Shown: piece by piece, positions 47,710 through 57,898 of the stretch
Position numbering within the stretch: the stretch's first letter is position 1
Layout of the letters: each line of letters opens with the position of its first letter
Assembly (NCBI GenBank): GCA_049570475.1
Contig: CP186953.1
Location: 384,001 to 448,000, forward strand
DNA: 64,000 nt
Origin: Candidatus Methanosuratincola verstraetei
Lineage (GTDB): Archaea; Thermoproteota; Methanomethylicia; Methanomethylicales; Methanomethylicaceae
Direction: 5' to 3'
Notes under the pieces: model-generated
What the model saw: only the letters and a program-made list of their open reading frames with translations
The model's database searches: none
Told to the model about the DNA's origin: nothing
Translations under genes and position numbers: made by a program

Positions 47710-48978
47710 ATGCAGGCAGTGGCTGACTTGCACATACATGGCCCATACAGCAGAGCCACAAGCAGAAATATGGATTTCAAGACCCTTGAGAGGTATGCCG
47801 AGATCAAAGGCATCGATGTCATTGCAACAGGGGACTTCACGCACCCTAAATGGAGAGAAGAAATTAAAAGCCAATTCATTGAGGAGGATGGGCTATACCG
47901 CCTGAAGTGCGGCGGAGGCAGGAGAAGGTTCATAATCTCCGGCGAAGTCTGCACTTCTTCGGTCTTCAAGGGGAGGACAAGGAGGATCCACCACCTCATC
48001 TTGCTACCTTCGGTTGAAGTGGCTGACCAGTTAAGCGAGGTGCTGGGGAAAAGGGGGGATCTGGGGGCAGATGGGAGGCCGATGCTGATGATGAGCGGGG
48101 CTGAGCTTGTCGAGGCAGTCATGGATTTTGGGGAGAACAACATGGTGATACCAGCCCACATTTGGACGCCCTGGTTTTCACTCTTTGGCGACAGGGGCGG
48201 GGTCGACAAGATGGAGGAGTGCTACGAGGACCAGACGCCGCACATTTACGCGGTAGAGACAGGGTTGTCCTCAGACCCTCCAATGAATTGGAGGGTCAGC
48301 GCACTGGACAGGTGCACGCTAGTCTCGAACAGCGACAGCCACAGCCCCTCGAAGATCGGCAGGGAGGCGAATATAATTGAGGTCGATGCCCTCAGCTACA
48401 GGGATCTGGTAGAGGCGATAAAGTACCATAAAGAGAGGGTCATTACAATAGAGGTTGAACCAGCATTCGGGAAATACCATTGGACCGGGCACAGGAATTG
48501 CGGAGTGTCAGTGCCGCCCGAGGAGGCGATCAGGATGAAGGGGGTCTGCCCTGTGTGCGGGAAGAGGATGACAAAGGGGGTTGCGGAGAGGGTGGAAGAG
48601 CTCTCGGACAGGCCCCCAGGGGCGCGCCCCAAGGATGCGCAACGCTTCTTCAAGGTCTTGCCATTGATCGACACCATCGCTGTTGCGCTTAGGAAGAGCC
48701 CATCGTCATCGGAGGTCGAGGCAGAATACTGGAAGATGATAAATGCCTTCGGTGCAGAGATTAGAATATTGCTAGAGGTGCCTGTCGAGTCGATAAAGGA
48801 GAGGCACGGCGATGCGATAGCGGAGGCGATAAGGCTTAACCGTGAGAACAGGATCGAAGTCGAGCCAGGATATGACGGGGTCTACGGCAAACCGAAGAAT
48901 GATCGCGGGACCAATGGGGCGACAGAAGCCAGGGAGAGATTTTTTAGGAAGAGAACCAACCTAGAAGATTACATCTGA
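47710..48978 (+). CDS. endoQ: Endonuclease Q (PHP domain + Zn finger)
   Basis: ADLHIH..YSRATS, TGDFTHP, PAHIWTPW, ETGLSSD, SNSDSHS, GKYH, CPVCG; PIP-like tail TNLEDYI. Confidence 0.85.
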   Translation: MQAVADLHIHGPYSRATSRNMDFKTLERYAEIKGIDVIATGDFTHPKWREEIKSQFIEEDGLYRLKCGGGRRRFIISGEVCTSSVFKGRTRRIHHLILLPSVEVADQLSEVLGKRGDLGADGRPMLMMSGAELVEAVMDFGENNMVIPAHIWTPWFSLFGDRGGVDKMEECYEDQTPHIYAVETGLSSDPPMNWRVSALDRCTLVSNSDSHSPSKIGREANIIEVDALSYRDLVEAIKYHKERVITIEVEPAFGKYHWTGHRNCGVSVPPEEAIRMKGVCPVCGKRMTKGVAERVEELSDRPPGARPKDAQRFFKVLPLIDTIAVALRKSPSSSEVEAEYWKMINAFGAEIRILLEVPVESIKERHGDAIAEAIRLNRENRIEVEPGYDGVYGKPKNDRGTNGATEARERFFRKRTNLEDYI

Positions 48979-48993
48979 AGATGGTCGATTATT

Positions 48994-50454
48994 ATGACAA
49001 ACCCAGAGAGGAAGGTCTGGAGCCAGGAGTACAGCGAGTGGTTTCACAAGGTCATAGCAGATGTCCCAATATATGACACCAGGTACCCCGTAAAGGGCAC
49101 CGGAATATGGATGCCATTTGGGTTCAGGATCAGGAAGGAGGTCCTGAACATCATAAGGGATGAGCTGGAGAGGACGGGGCATGAAGAAGTCCTCTTCCCG
49201 TTGCTGATTCCAGAGTACTTGCTCAGCAAGGAGAGCGAGCACATCAGGAACTTCGAGGACGAGGTCTACTGGGTGACCCACGGCGGGAAGACACCGCTCG
49301 AGGTCAAGCTTGCACTCAGGCCTACCAGCGAAACTGCAATGTACCCGATGTTCAAACTCTGGATAAACGCATATTCAGACCTTCCGCTTAAGATCTTCCA
49401 GATAGTCAACGTCTTCAGGTATGAGACAAAAGCCACAAGGCCCATGATCAGGGTGAGGGAGGTCAGCACATTCAAGGAGGCCCACACTGCCCACGCCACC
49501 AGGGAGGAGGCGGAGGAGCAGGAGAGGATAGGCATTGAGGTCTATTCGAGGATCTTTGAGCGGCTGAAGATCCCATTCCTGACCACGACCAGGCCTGACT
49601 GGGACAAGTTCCCAGGCGCTGAGAGATCGGTCGCATTCGACACGGTGATGCCGGATGGAAGGGTCCTCCAGATAGGGACTGTCCATTTCCTCGGGCAGGG
49701 ATTCGCAAAGGCATTCGACATAAAATACATGAAGAGTGACGGCAACTATGAGTACGTATGGCAAACATGCTATGGAATTTCAGAGAGGGCGATTGCAGCG
49801 CTAATATCGGTCCACGGCGATGACCACGGCCTTGTCTTACCGAGCGAGGTCGCGCCCGTGCAGGTAGTGGTGATTCCAATCGTCTACAAGGGCAGGGAAG
49901 AAGAGGTCCTAAAGAGGTGCAGAGAGGTCAAGGATACGCTAGAAAGGTCCGGGTTGAGGGTAACAATCGATGACCGGAGGGACATTACGCCAGGCAACAA
50001 GTACTATGCATGGGAGATGAAAGGCGCCCCCGTGAGGGTTGAAATTGGACCCCGAGATTTAGACAACAACACGGCAGTTCTGGTCAGGAGGGATACCTTG
50101 AGCAAGACCCATGTTAATGTGGACGGGGTCGTTGACGAAATAAGGAAAATAATGATTCAAATCGACGAGGGGCTCGCCGAAAGGAGCAGGGAATGGATGA
50201 CATCCATGGTGAGAGAGGTGGAGACCATCGAGCAGGCGAAGGGTGAGCTCGACGCAAGGGGAGGCGTTGTCGAGCTGAACTGGTGCGGGAGGACCAGCTG
50301 CGGAGAAGAGCTTGAGAAGATGATCGATGCAAGGATACTGGGAGTGCCCTTTGACAAGGACAAAGGTAAAAACGAACCCTCCCTGAATGGCGCCAAGTGC
50401 GCAGGGTGCAACGAAGCTGCGACCAAGAAAATAAGGGTGGCAAGGTCTTACTGA
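48994..50454 (+). CDS. proS: Proline-tRNA ligase (archaeal type)
   Basis: [28 protein letters not shown]-terminal ARSY. Confidence 0.97.
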   Translation: MTNPERKVWSQEYSEWFHKVIADVPIYDTRYPVKGTGIWMPFGFRIRKEVLNIIRDELERTGHEEVLFPLLIPEYLLSKESEHIRNFEDEVYWVTHGGKTPLEVKLALRPTSETAMYPMFKLWINAYSDLPLKIFQIVNVFRYETKATRPMIRVREVSTFKEAHTAHATREEAEEQERIGIEVYSRIFERLKIPFLTTTRPDWDKFPGAERSVAFDTVMPDGRVLQIGTVHFLGQGFAKAFDIKYMKSDGNYEYVWQTCYGISERAIAALISVHGDDHGLVLPSEVAPVQVVVIPIVYKGREEEVLKRCREVKDTLERSGLRVTIDDRRDITPGNKYYAWEMKGAPVRVEIGPRDLDNNTAVLVRRDTLSKTHVNVDGVVDEIRKIMIQIDEGLAERSREWMTSMVREVETIEQAKGELDARGGVVELNWCGRTSCGEELEKMIDARILGVPFDKDKGKNEPSLNGAKCAGCNEAATKKIRVARSY

Positions 50455-50512
50455 CCTTTTTATCATCAATTTTGAAAGGCCTGCAACATAAGAACGGATT
50501 CAAAAATTTTTA

Positions 50513-50530
50513 TCTGCCTTTTTTGGCAGA
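50513..50530. terminator. Hairpin in A/T-tract-rich gap between convergent proS and speD
   Basis: TCTGCC-T6-GGCAGA flanked by T and A tracts. Confidence 0.3.
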
Positions 50531-50570
50531 AGTAAAATTCGTTGAAAGAAAAAATACAAAAAAACTGAAA

Positions 50571-50951
50571 TTAACTGGATCTGTCAGCGAAGTGTTCGGT
50601 CACAGATTTTGGATTCAGCTTAGAGACTATGTATTGGAATGCCTTCTGGGGATCGCTCTTCTCGCCGCATGTGAAGACATCGACTGTTGCGTATTGGAAT
50701 TCGTTCCAAGTATGTATTGCAATGTGGCTCTCGAGGATCAGGGCGATAACGGAAACGCCCCCTTTCGGTCCTCCAAATTTCCAGGCCACAGTATCCCAGA
50801 TAGTCATGTTCGCGATCTTTGCAGCGTCAATAACTAGATTCTTGAGCGCAGATTCATCGTTTATCCGCGAGACATCGCAACCGTAGAGGTTTCCATAAAC
50901 GTGTTTTCCCACGATTTGTTTCTCTTCCAGGGTACACGAAGTTTGGTTCAT
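50571..50951 (-). CDS. speD: S-adenosylmethionine decarboxylase proenzyme (an arginine decarboxylase paralog is not excluded)
   Basis: [24 protein letters not shown] cleavage motif, DVFTCG. Confidence 0.88.
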   Translation of the reverse strand: MNQTSCTLEEKQIVGKHVYGNLYGCDVSRINDESALKNLVIDAAKIANMTIWDTVAWKFGGPKGGVSVIALILESHIAIHTWNEFQYATVDVFTCGEKSDPQKAFQYIVSKLNPKSVTEHFADRSS

Positions 50952-51146
50952 CTTGTGTGTCTGATCCTCCGCGCCGTTTACATTTTTATTGAGGCACTAT
51001 TTTGCAACAAAAAAAAACTTGTATATAAACTTATTCACCATAGAAAAGGCCTCAAGAAAATTGAGAACTGTTCAAAAATGGGATGAACCCGAACGTTGGG
51101 AAATGAGCCAAATATGGCTTTAAAAAAGGCGATTCCAGGCTTCCCC

Positions 51147-51314
51147 TTACCTTCGCGATCGGGAAGTGGTTTCTGGAGAGGAATATACCTGCCTTTTCAG
51201 GAAGTTCTTTCGGTTCCTTTGAAGCGGTCTCAGACCATGCCTCTCTTTTGCAGGGACCTTGGGGGTCTGCGACCTGACTTTTCCGGCCTTAGTAAGCGAG
51301 CCGTGTGATGGCAT
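51147..51314 (-). CDS. rps30e: 30S ribosomal protein S30e (absent from the ORF track)
   Basis: Manual translation MPSHGSLTKAGKVRSQTPKV...; 55 aa. Confidence 0.95.
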   Translation of the reverse strand: MPSHGSLTKAGKVRSQTPKVPAKERHGLRPLQRNRKNFLKRQVYSSPETTSRSRR

Positions 51315-51408
51315 TCAATTTACACCCACAGGTATCCATCATGAGGTTAAATAAATAGTTTTTCTATAGCGCCTGCAATTCGATACTACGGGCAGGATGC
51401 CGCCCTCG

Positions 51409-52581
51409 CTACAATCTCTTGATTACCTCCTCGACGGCACCAGGCGGGGCATTGGTCTTTATTCCCTTTGGGTGGAAATGAGTGGGGAAGGCAGAATACC
51501 CGGCCGATTTCAATCCCTCGAGTGCCCTTTCCAAAGACGGCGCCCCCATGCCGAGCCTCTTCGAAACCACATCCAGAACATAAAACCCCACTGGCATCCC
51601 GACTTCTCCTAAAAGCTTTTCAAAAAGCTTTGACATTCGCTTGCTCGTCCGCATATAAGAGAAGTCAAACCCATAGATAGCCCTGAGGAAATCCGGGTCT
51701 GAGAGGGCGCCTGTCCACAAGGGGCCGGCCCTCCTCAAAGGCGAGCCGCAAATTTCGCAGCTTGTCGGCAACGCCTCTCCGAATGCCGCCACGCTCCGCC
51801 AAAGGCATGAGCTGCAGGACAGCAGGTAGCCCAAATTCCCTACCGCTGAGTCGGCCCTGCGCGCGCCCAAACTTAGCCTGAAGTAAGACCTGAAGTAGTG
51901 GTCTACGCTATATGAGAGGACGGGGGATGCGCCGAAGTCATACTTAGCTGCCTCGCGCACCACTGATCCAACCAGTATACGGAGGCCAGTCTCATGGCAG
52001 AATTCGTTTCTGAGCGGGATGGACAAGTATTTCCTGATGCAGGACTTTGAATGGACGCCGCAAAGCGGTGCAGTATCAGTCGCAGTGACTGCCAAGAGGC
52101 CTCCATTCTTCAGAGCCCTTATTGAAGAGTCCAGAAAGGGCACGGGGGTCCCGAACGGGTCTATGTCAATGAAATCGAACCGCTCCCCCGGCTCTGAGTG
52201 CTCTGCGAGAAGGAGGTTAGCGTCTTCATGGACCACTTCTACCCTGCCCTCGATGCCGTTCCTTCTGGCATTATTGATTATGATCGGTATGGATTCTGCA
52301 TTCAGGTCCCCCATGACCACTTTTTCAACGGATTGGACTTCCTTCGCGTACCTTATCCCGCGCGCTCCTGTACCCGCTAATGGGTCGCAGGCATTGATAG
52401 GTCGCCCCTTAGCTTTTGCGAAAACGCTTAGGGCTGCCACTGCAACATCCCTGCTGAATTCCATTTGAGGGTTATAAAAGACAGGAGCCTTGAATGGCGC
52501 ATATTTACCCTGGAAAGTATAGGATGAGGGATCAGGGATTTCGAGTTCGGTCCTGCCCTCAACCGCAAATGAGGTGATCAA
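51409..52581 (-). CDS. trm1: tRNA (guanine26-N2,N2)-dimethyltransferase
   Basis: VFYNPQM...RD, GARGIRY, DIDPFGTP, TATD, AGPLWTG. Confidence 0.95.
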   Translation of the reverse strand: MITSFAVEGRTELEIPDPSSYTFQGKYAPFKAPVFYNPQMEFSRDVAVAALSVFAKAKGRPINACDPLAGTGARGIRYAKEVQSVEKVVMGDLNAESIPIIINNARRNGIEGRVEVVHEDANLLLAEHSEPGERFDFIDIDPFGTPVPFLDSSIRALKNGGLLAVTATDTAPLCGVHSKSCIRKYLSIPLRNEFCHETGLRILVGSVVREAAKYDFGASPVLSYSVDHYFRSYFRLSLGARRADSAVGNLGYLLSCSSCLWRSVAAFGEALPTSCEICGSPLRRAGPLWTGALSDPDFLRAIYGFDFSYMRTSKRMSKLFEKLLGEVGMPVGFYVLDVVSKRLGMGAPSLERALEGLKSAGYSAFPTHFHPKGIKTNAPPGAVEEVIKRL

Positions 52582-52792
52582 TTCGCTTCCCCCAACGGAA
52601 TTAGTGAGAGCTCACTATTATACTCTGAATCTCCCAGATCCTAGATTGCAAAATAGTCCTTCCAAACAAATCAATGATGAATCGCTGAACGTGTTGCATC
52701 CCAGGAATATAGAGGCTCTCTTTCGGAACAGAAAAATACCCCATCAGATCCAAGGTAATCAGCCCGAGAATTAGCGGGGGATGTAATAGGCG

Positions 52793-53422
52793 ATGAGGGT
52801 CCTAGGGATCGATGAGGCAGGAAGAGGGCCAGTCATCGGACCCATGGTGATTGCAGGCGTCATCTTCGAGGCGGAAATTATACCCAAGTTGGTCAGCATT
52901 GGTGTGAAGGACTCGAAGAAGCTCACCCCTAGGGCTAGGGAAAGGTTGCTGGACAAGATCCTTGCGATGGCAGAAGGCAGCTATGTCAGGGTGATCAGCG
53001 CTGCTGAGATAGACGAGATGAGGAAAACCAAGAACCTCAACCAGATCGAGGCTGAGGAGATGGCAGAGATGATCAGAAGATCTTTGCCTGACGAGGTCCA
53101 CCTGGGCAGCGTGGACGTGGATGAAAGGAGGTTTGGCATGGAGATCATGAGGCTTTCAGGCATTGCCCGTGGAATACGATCGGTCCACCACGCAGAGGAC
53201 AGGTTCCCGGCTGTGGCTGCCGCATCGATAGTGGCAAAGACAACAAGGGACAGGGCAATCAGTGAGCTGAGGAAAGAGTACGGGGATTTCGGATCAGGGT
53301 ACCCGAGCGATCCAAAAACAAGGGCCTTCGTATGCCGGGCCCTTGCGGAAAAAAAATGCCCACCAATAATCAGGGCATCATGGAAAACAGTTGTAGGATT
53401 GAAGGGGCTTCAGTTATCCTGA
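52793..53422 (+). CDS. rnhB: Ribonuclease HII
   Basis: GIDEAGRGPVIGP, DSKKL, AAASIVAK, GSGYPSDP. Confidence 0.96.
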   Translation: MRVLGIDEAGRGPVIGPMVIAGVIFEAEIIPKLVSIGVKDSKKLTPRARERLLDKILAMAEGSYVRVISAAEIDEMRKTKNLNQIEAEEMAEMIRRSLPDEVHLGSVDVDERRFGMEIMRLSGIARGIRSVHHAEDRFPAVAAASIVAKTTRDRAISELRKEYGDFGSGYPSDPKTRAFVCRALAEKKCPPIIRASWKTVVGLKGLQLS

Positions 53423-54426
53423 TCTGTAATCTCGACGCCCAATAGCTTGGCCAATTCCCGTATGTGTTCGACCTTTTTGATTTCGTCTATCCTAACGACA
53501 AGGATATCGCTGTTTTGGGGAGATTTCTCCTCGGTCACGAGTATTGGGGACGTCCCCAAAACCCTGCCGACCTCTATTGCGTTCTCGATTTTATTCTCAA
53601 GGCGCTCTTTATTCATCCGCTCCTCATAAGTCAGGAAACTTACGCCAACGTTCTTGGCATGGATGTCTATGGGGGCATGGCTGAAACCCAAAGCCCGGCA
53701 CCCTATCCTTTTGAGCTTTGAATGGAGCTGTTTTGCCACCGCCCCTGTGGGGTTCTTTTCAGGCGCCTCCCCTTCCAAGTGCCAGTCAAATATGTCGATG
53801 CCTACAACCATGCTGCTACCCAGGATCCTCTCGAGGCGCTCTACCGTCTGGATGGTTGCGCCCATCTGATCCCGCTCATATTCATAAATCGCCTTTCTGC
53901 TCACGCCTATCAAATTGGCAAGCTGCCCGAGCGACAGCCCTTTCTTTTCGCGGCATGCCTTCAAGGTGTGGCCATCTATCTTGAAATATATACCTCCTCT
54001 CTTGGAGTATACTGCAGGGAGCCTCCTCCTCAGCGCTGCGTCCCTGAAGGTTTTTGGGTGTATGACATTAACCCCAAACCGCTCATATAGCATGTCTTCC
54101 TCAATAACCCCCTTCTGCATCCTCAATCCGATAATGAATGGCGAAGCATCAAACGCGACTGCAAGTGACTTCAAATCCTCAGCGGATTCGCGCCTTTCGG
54201 AATCGACATTCTCGGAGCTCTTGATCAGCAATTTCGTCTCGCCTTTCTTGGCCACAATCTGTATGCAATAGTCTCGCGAGGTGATCTCAGAGGCGATAAA
54301 GCCAGCTTCCTCAAGAGTCCTCAGGATGTCCCCGATAAGACTCGCAGACTGCGGCCTCATAACCATTCCAATTAGTCTATCATCAAAGAAGGATATAAAG
54401 TTGAGCAGCGATATGGCAGCCTTCAA
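53410..54426 (-). CDS. Conserved archaeal Cro/C1-HTH transcriptional regulator
   Basis: Central HTH REKKGLSLGQLANLIGVSRKAIYEYE with flanking nuclease-like domains; true start probably about 60 nt downstream. Confidence 0.85.
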   Translation of the reverse strand: MKAAISLLNFISFFDDRLIGMVMRPQSASLIGDILRTLEEAGFIASEITSRDYCIQIVAKKGETKLLIKSSENVDSERRESAEDLKSLAVAFDASPFIIGLRMQKGVIEEDMLYERFGVNVIHPKTFRDAALRRRLPAVYSKRGGIYFKIDGHTLKACREKKGLSLGQLANLIGVSRKAIYEYERDQMGATIQTVERLERILGSSMVVGIDIFDWHLEGEAPEKNPTGAVAKQLHSKLKRIGCRALGFSHAPIDIHAKNVGVSFLTYEERMNKERLENKIENAIEVGRVLGTSPILVTEEKSPQNSDILVVRIDEIKKVEHIRELAKLLGVEITDQDN

Positions 54427-54438
54427 AAAAAGGGATAA

Positions 54439-54852
54439 TTAGAGGATGAAGCCGAATGCGATGATCGTTGGGAAACGCCGGATCAGCTCCAAAACCTCGG
54501 GCCGGAAGAGGTATTTGTTTTTATAAGGAGGCCTGTCAAGGAGACGGTTTACTGCCTCTATCTCCCCTTCGTTCCCGTCTATCAGATATGTGCCCTTTTT
54601 CAGAGAGGATTCCCTGACGATTACGATCGGAAGGCGCACCAGATTAGAGCTCGCCTTTGGTACAGCTTTGACGAACTCGTCCAGCTCTTCCCTGTTAAAA
54701 TAGACGGTTTCCCCTGCAAGGTTTTTGTAGGCTGGTCTGCTTTCATTCAAGAGATCAGAGACGGGTCTCCTCTCCCTGGGCAGCGACTCATTCAGCTTCT
54801 TCAGCTCAACTTCCCACAAGAGCTTGTCTGTACTTTCCCCCTCTTCGTGCAT
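54439..54852 (-). CDS. DUF61/UPF0216 family protein
   Basis: LNESLPRERRPVSDLL...VRLPI. Confidence 0.75.
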   Translation of the reverse strand: MHEEGESTDKLLWEVELKKLNESLPRERRPVSDLLNESRPAYKNLAGETVYFNREELDEFVKAVPKASSNLVRLPIVIVRESSLKKGTYLIDGNEGEIEAVNRLLDRPPYKNKYLFRPEVLELIRRFPTIIAFGFIL

Positions 54853-54854
54853 AT

Positions 54855-55541
54855 TCAGAGCCGCTCTCCGAGCACCATCGCATGATCCTTTTCGTAAGGC
54901 TCAAGATGCTTAAGATCCAGTATCCTGAATGATCTGTCCTCGAGGATCTTCACTTCCTGTTTGAAAACTTGGGACGGGTCCATTGTCACGTCGACGCTCC
55001 TTGCTTTGATCGCAATCATTACCTTGCCCCCCCTCTTCAGGTAATGGTCCGAATTATCAGCCAACAGTTTTGCTTGCTCGGGTTGGGCAACGTCGCAGTA
55101 TATGACATCGACGAGCTCGAGGAAGAATCTGTAGGAAGACGGGTTCCTCGCATCCCCAAGGATGGGCACCATGTTGCTTCTCTTGGCAGTGACCTCCAAG
55201 AGCTCGCGTATCACCCTAGGAGCAAATTCTACACAGTATACCTTGCCCTTGCTTCCAACGATGTCGGACACGTGGCTGGGTGTTGTCCCGCTTGCAGCGC
55301 CTAGATACAGGACTTTAGAACCTGGGCTCACTGGTACAGACTTGATCCCTTTTTCAATCGCTGCACCCAGTTTGCTCCTGTAAGGGCTCCAGACCCTGTA
55401 CTCAGCATCTCCTATACTGTAGAGATCTTCCCCGTAAACCCTTGAGCCAGGGACTAGATTCTCCGTGGCAAGTTGCCTTCCTGTATCGGTCTCGACATAG
55501 AAGACACCCTTGAATTTCGGATGTTCGACAACGTTCACCAT
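54855..55541 (-). CDS. flpA: Fibrillarin
   Basis: WSPYRSKL, YLGAASGTTPSHVSD, DVAQPEQ, LEPYEKDH. Confidence 0.97.
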   Translation of the reverse strand: MVNVVEHPKFKGVFYVETDTGRQLATENLVPGSRVYGEDLYSIGDAEYRVWSPYRSKLGAAIEKGIKSVPVSPGSKVLYLGAASGTTPSHVSDIVGSKGKVYCVEFAPRVIRELLEVTAKRSNMVPILGDARNPSSYRFFLELVDVIYCDVAQPEQAKLLADNSDHYLKRGGKVMIAIKARSVDVTMDPSQVFKQEVKILEDRSFRILDLKHLEPYEKDHAMVLGERL

Positions 55542-56788
55542 CGCCTATTCCTCCTTTTTTCCTTCCTGAACCTCTTAAACGACCTTTCCTGCTTCGCCGG
55601 CCTTGCAGGCGGCTTCGCGTACTTCTTCTTAATCTCAGCTATCCGCTTCTCCACCGATGATTTGAGTTTGTCGGCAATGAATTCGCCGCCGAAGGCATCG
55701 ACTCGTGCTGCAATCGATAGCTTTCCGGCCAGCGCACGCGCGATCTTACCCCTCTGCCACCTCTCTGCGCTGTGGAGGTACTGGTGCTGGAAGATTATGC
55801 CGTGCTTCGGGGGGCGCGCGCCTGTCTTTAGTGACCGGAAGAGGGCCTTTTCTGCCCCTAGCACCTGTATCGTGCTCGCAGGCTTCTTGGCAAGGTTTTC
55901 GAGGCTGCCCGCGAGTGCGATCAGCCTTGCGCCGAGTGTCGCCCCAGCCAATTCCCGCACGTTTGGAGCTATTTCTTTCATGACTTCGTCAATGTATTTC
56001 TCCATCGAGTCCCTCGACTCGTATGTCTTGAGGTTTATTTCTGCCAAGTCCACTATCTGCTTGAGATCATAATCGTTAACTTCCGCACCCATCGACTTCA
56101 TAGCCGCCTCGTATATCGCCTTCCCCCTGTTTTCAGCCTGGACCACTTTTGAAACAGCTTCGGGATCGATATTGCTACGCCTGCCGAAGGTCTTCACAAT
56201 CTCCATATACTGCCGGTGATCTGGAACTAGGCTGTCCAACTCTGGGAAGTGCAGGCCGTACCACTCCCTGACCCTAGAGACTGTGATGTTCACGTTCTTG
56301 TCGATCTCGTCGAGCGCGGATACCGCCTGTGCAACTAACCTGTCGCGCTTTTCGGAAGCCGCCTTTATCTTCGTCCTCACTATCGATTCAGACGTTTCCC
56401 TGAGGAGGCGATCCATGAAAGGCTGCTTCTTCCCTGCCGAGAGGAAAGCGCTTAAAGGGGATGCCCTGAAAGAGGTGCCGGCAGGGCTGGGTGATTCGGA
56501 ATGCGACTTGACCCCGAAGCGCGTCCTGATCGCCTTTGCCTCCAGTTCGTCTTCAAAAACTAGTTCGTCACATCCCATCTCAACGAGATCATGGACAAGA
56601 ACCTCGAGGTCCCTCGAAAGCCCCTTTTTCTCCAGGTCAAGTATCTGGGATGTAGCATCGCTAGAGCTCTCGAATATCCTCGAGGCGATCAGCTTCAGCG
56701 ATTCGTCATAAGCGAAAAATCCGCCGAAGCTGTCGACAACATAACATTTCAAAGCAATCACACCAGACTCATCTTTATCAACGCACAT
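55535..56788 (-). CDS. nop5: C/D box RNP protein Nop5 (Nop56/58)
   Basis: REWYGLHFPEL, QVLGAEKALFR, PPKHG, RGKIARALA. Confidence 0.96.
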   Translation of the reverse strand: MCVDKDESGVIALKCYVVDSFGGFFAYDESLKLIASRIFESSSDATSQILDLEKKGLSRDLEVLVHDLVEMGCDELVFEDELEAKAIRTRFGVKSHSESPSPAGTSFRASPLSAFLSAGKKQPFMDRLLRETSESIVRTKIKAASEKRDRLVAQAVSALDEIDKNVNITVSRVREWYGLHFPELDSLVPDHRQYMEIVKTFGRRSNIDPEAVSKVVQAENRGKAIYEAAMKSMGAEVNDYDLKQIVDLAEINLKTYESRDSMEKYIDEVMKEIAPNVRELAGATLGARLIALAGSLENLAKKPASTIQVLGAEKALFRSLKTGARPPKHGIIFQHQYLHSAERWQRGKIARALAGKLSIAARVDAFGGEFIADKLKSSVEKRIAEIKKKYAKPPARPAKQERSFKRFRKEKRRNRRW

Positions 56789-56837
56789 TTATAAAGCTCA
56801 AGTGTAGGTGTGCCAAGCCCGAATGGTATTCCGAAGG

Positions 56838-57449
56838 TCACTGCATGCTTTTCCTGAACCCGCGGCAGACCAAGTAGACCTCTGAGCTTGAATCCCTTGA
56901 GGCGCTGGGCTTGAAGATCCTGACATCCGAAAAACGGCTTCTCACTTCCCTCCTGAAAGCTTCGAAATCAGACCCCATCAGTACTTTGATGACCATTTTC
57001 CCGCCAGGCTTCAGCACTTTGTCGGCCAACTCTAGTGCAATGCCCGCAAGCAATACCTGCCTGCCATGATCGACATCATGTATGCCAGTGAACTTCGGCG
57101 CCATGTCGGATGTGATCACGTCGACCATTCCGCCTGAGGCTCTCGCGATGCTCTCCTGCATTTCGGGCGACCTGGCATCGCCACGCAGGAGCACTGCGTT
57201 CTTGCACGGCAGAGGTTCTATCTCGCTGATGTCGACCCCGATTACCAGCCCCTCCTCGCCCACAAGGCGGCAGGCCACCTGGAGCCACCCACCAGGGGCA
57301 GCGCCCAAGTCCAGAACTTTTTCGCCGCGCTTAATTATCCTGAACCTCTGGCAGATCTCCAAAAGCTTCAAGGCGGACCTGGATCGGTACCCCATCCTCT
57401 TGGCTTCCCTGTAATAGTGATCGCCTAGAATCGAGTCCTTCCCGGGCAT
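56838..57449 (-). CDS. rlmE: 23S rRNA Um2552 methyltransferase (RlmE/FtsJ)
   Basis: YRSRSALKL, DLGAAPGGW, SDMAP, KPSASR..SSEVY. Confidence 0.95.
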   Translation of the reverse strand: MPGKDSILGDHYYREAKRMGYRSRSALKLLEICQRFRIIKRGEKVLDLGAAPGGWLQVACRLVGEEGLVIGVDISEIEPLPCKNAVLLRGDARSPEMQESIARASGGMVDVITSDMAPKFTGIHDVDHGRQVLLAGIALELADKVLKPGGKMVIKVLMGSDFEAFRREVRSRFSDVRIFKPSASRDSSSEVYLVCRGFRKSMQ

Positions 57450-57454
57450 CTAAC

Positions 57455-57868
57455 TCACTCTTTCTCCGAGGAGGCTGCCTTTTTGATCTCCTCTGACTTT
57501 TGGTACTTCATGAACTCGTTCCTCAGCGACATCGTCAGCTTGACGCAGTTCTCCGGGGATATTGGCTGCCCCATCCCGCACCTGGACAGGTCGTGGCACG
57601 TGAAGCATGAGCACCAGACCATGTCAGATATCTGCACTTTCTGCTCTTTCTTCATCAGAATGACACGGTAGGTTTTGTGGCTGTCCCCAGTGGATGGCTC
57701 ACGCTTGACAATGCCCTTCTTTTCCATCCTAGCGAGCGCTCTAGAGACCTCTCGGCTGTTCGAGTTTATGCTCTTCCATAGATCGCTCTGGAGCAGGCTC
57801 CGATCAGCAGATTTCTGCAATGCCTTGATTAGCTTCTCCTCCAGCTCCTCCACAAAACACACTTCCAA
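57455..57868 (-). CDS. tfeB: Transcription factor E beta (RPC34-like; wHTH + Fe-S Cys cluster)
   Basis: wHTH LLQSDLWK..., C-terminal CFTC-x5-C...SPENC; lies in the gar1-tfb cluster. Confidence 0.78.
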   Translation of the reverse strand: MEVCFVEELEEKLIKALQKSADRSLLQSDLWKSINSNSREVSRALARMEKKGIVKREPSTGDSHKTYRVILMKKEQKVQISDMVWCSCFTCHDLSRCGMGQPISPENCVKLTMSLRNEFMKYQKSEEIKKAASSEKE

Positions 57869-57898
57869 AGCCGTGCATGTAAAAAGATGGTAAGGAGG

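Noticed and set aside
52674-52688. C/D box sRNA (ATGATGA...CTGA) between trm1 and rnhB
   Set aside because: The boxes are only 4 nt apart, with no guide region or second box pair.
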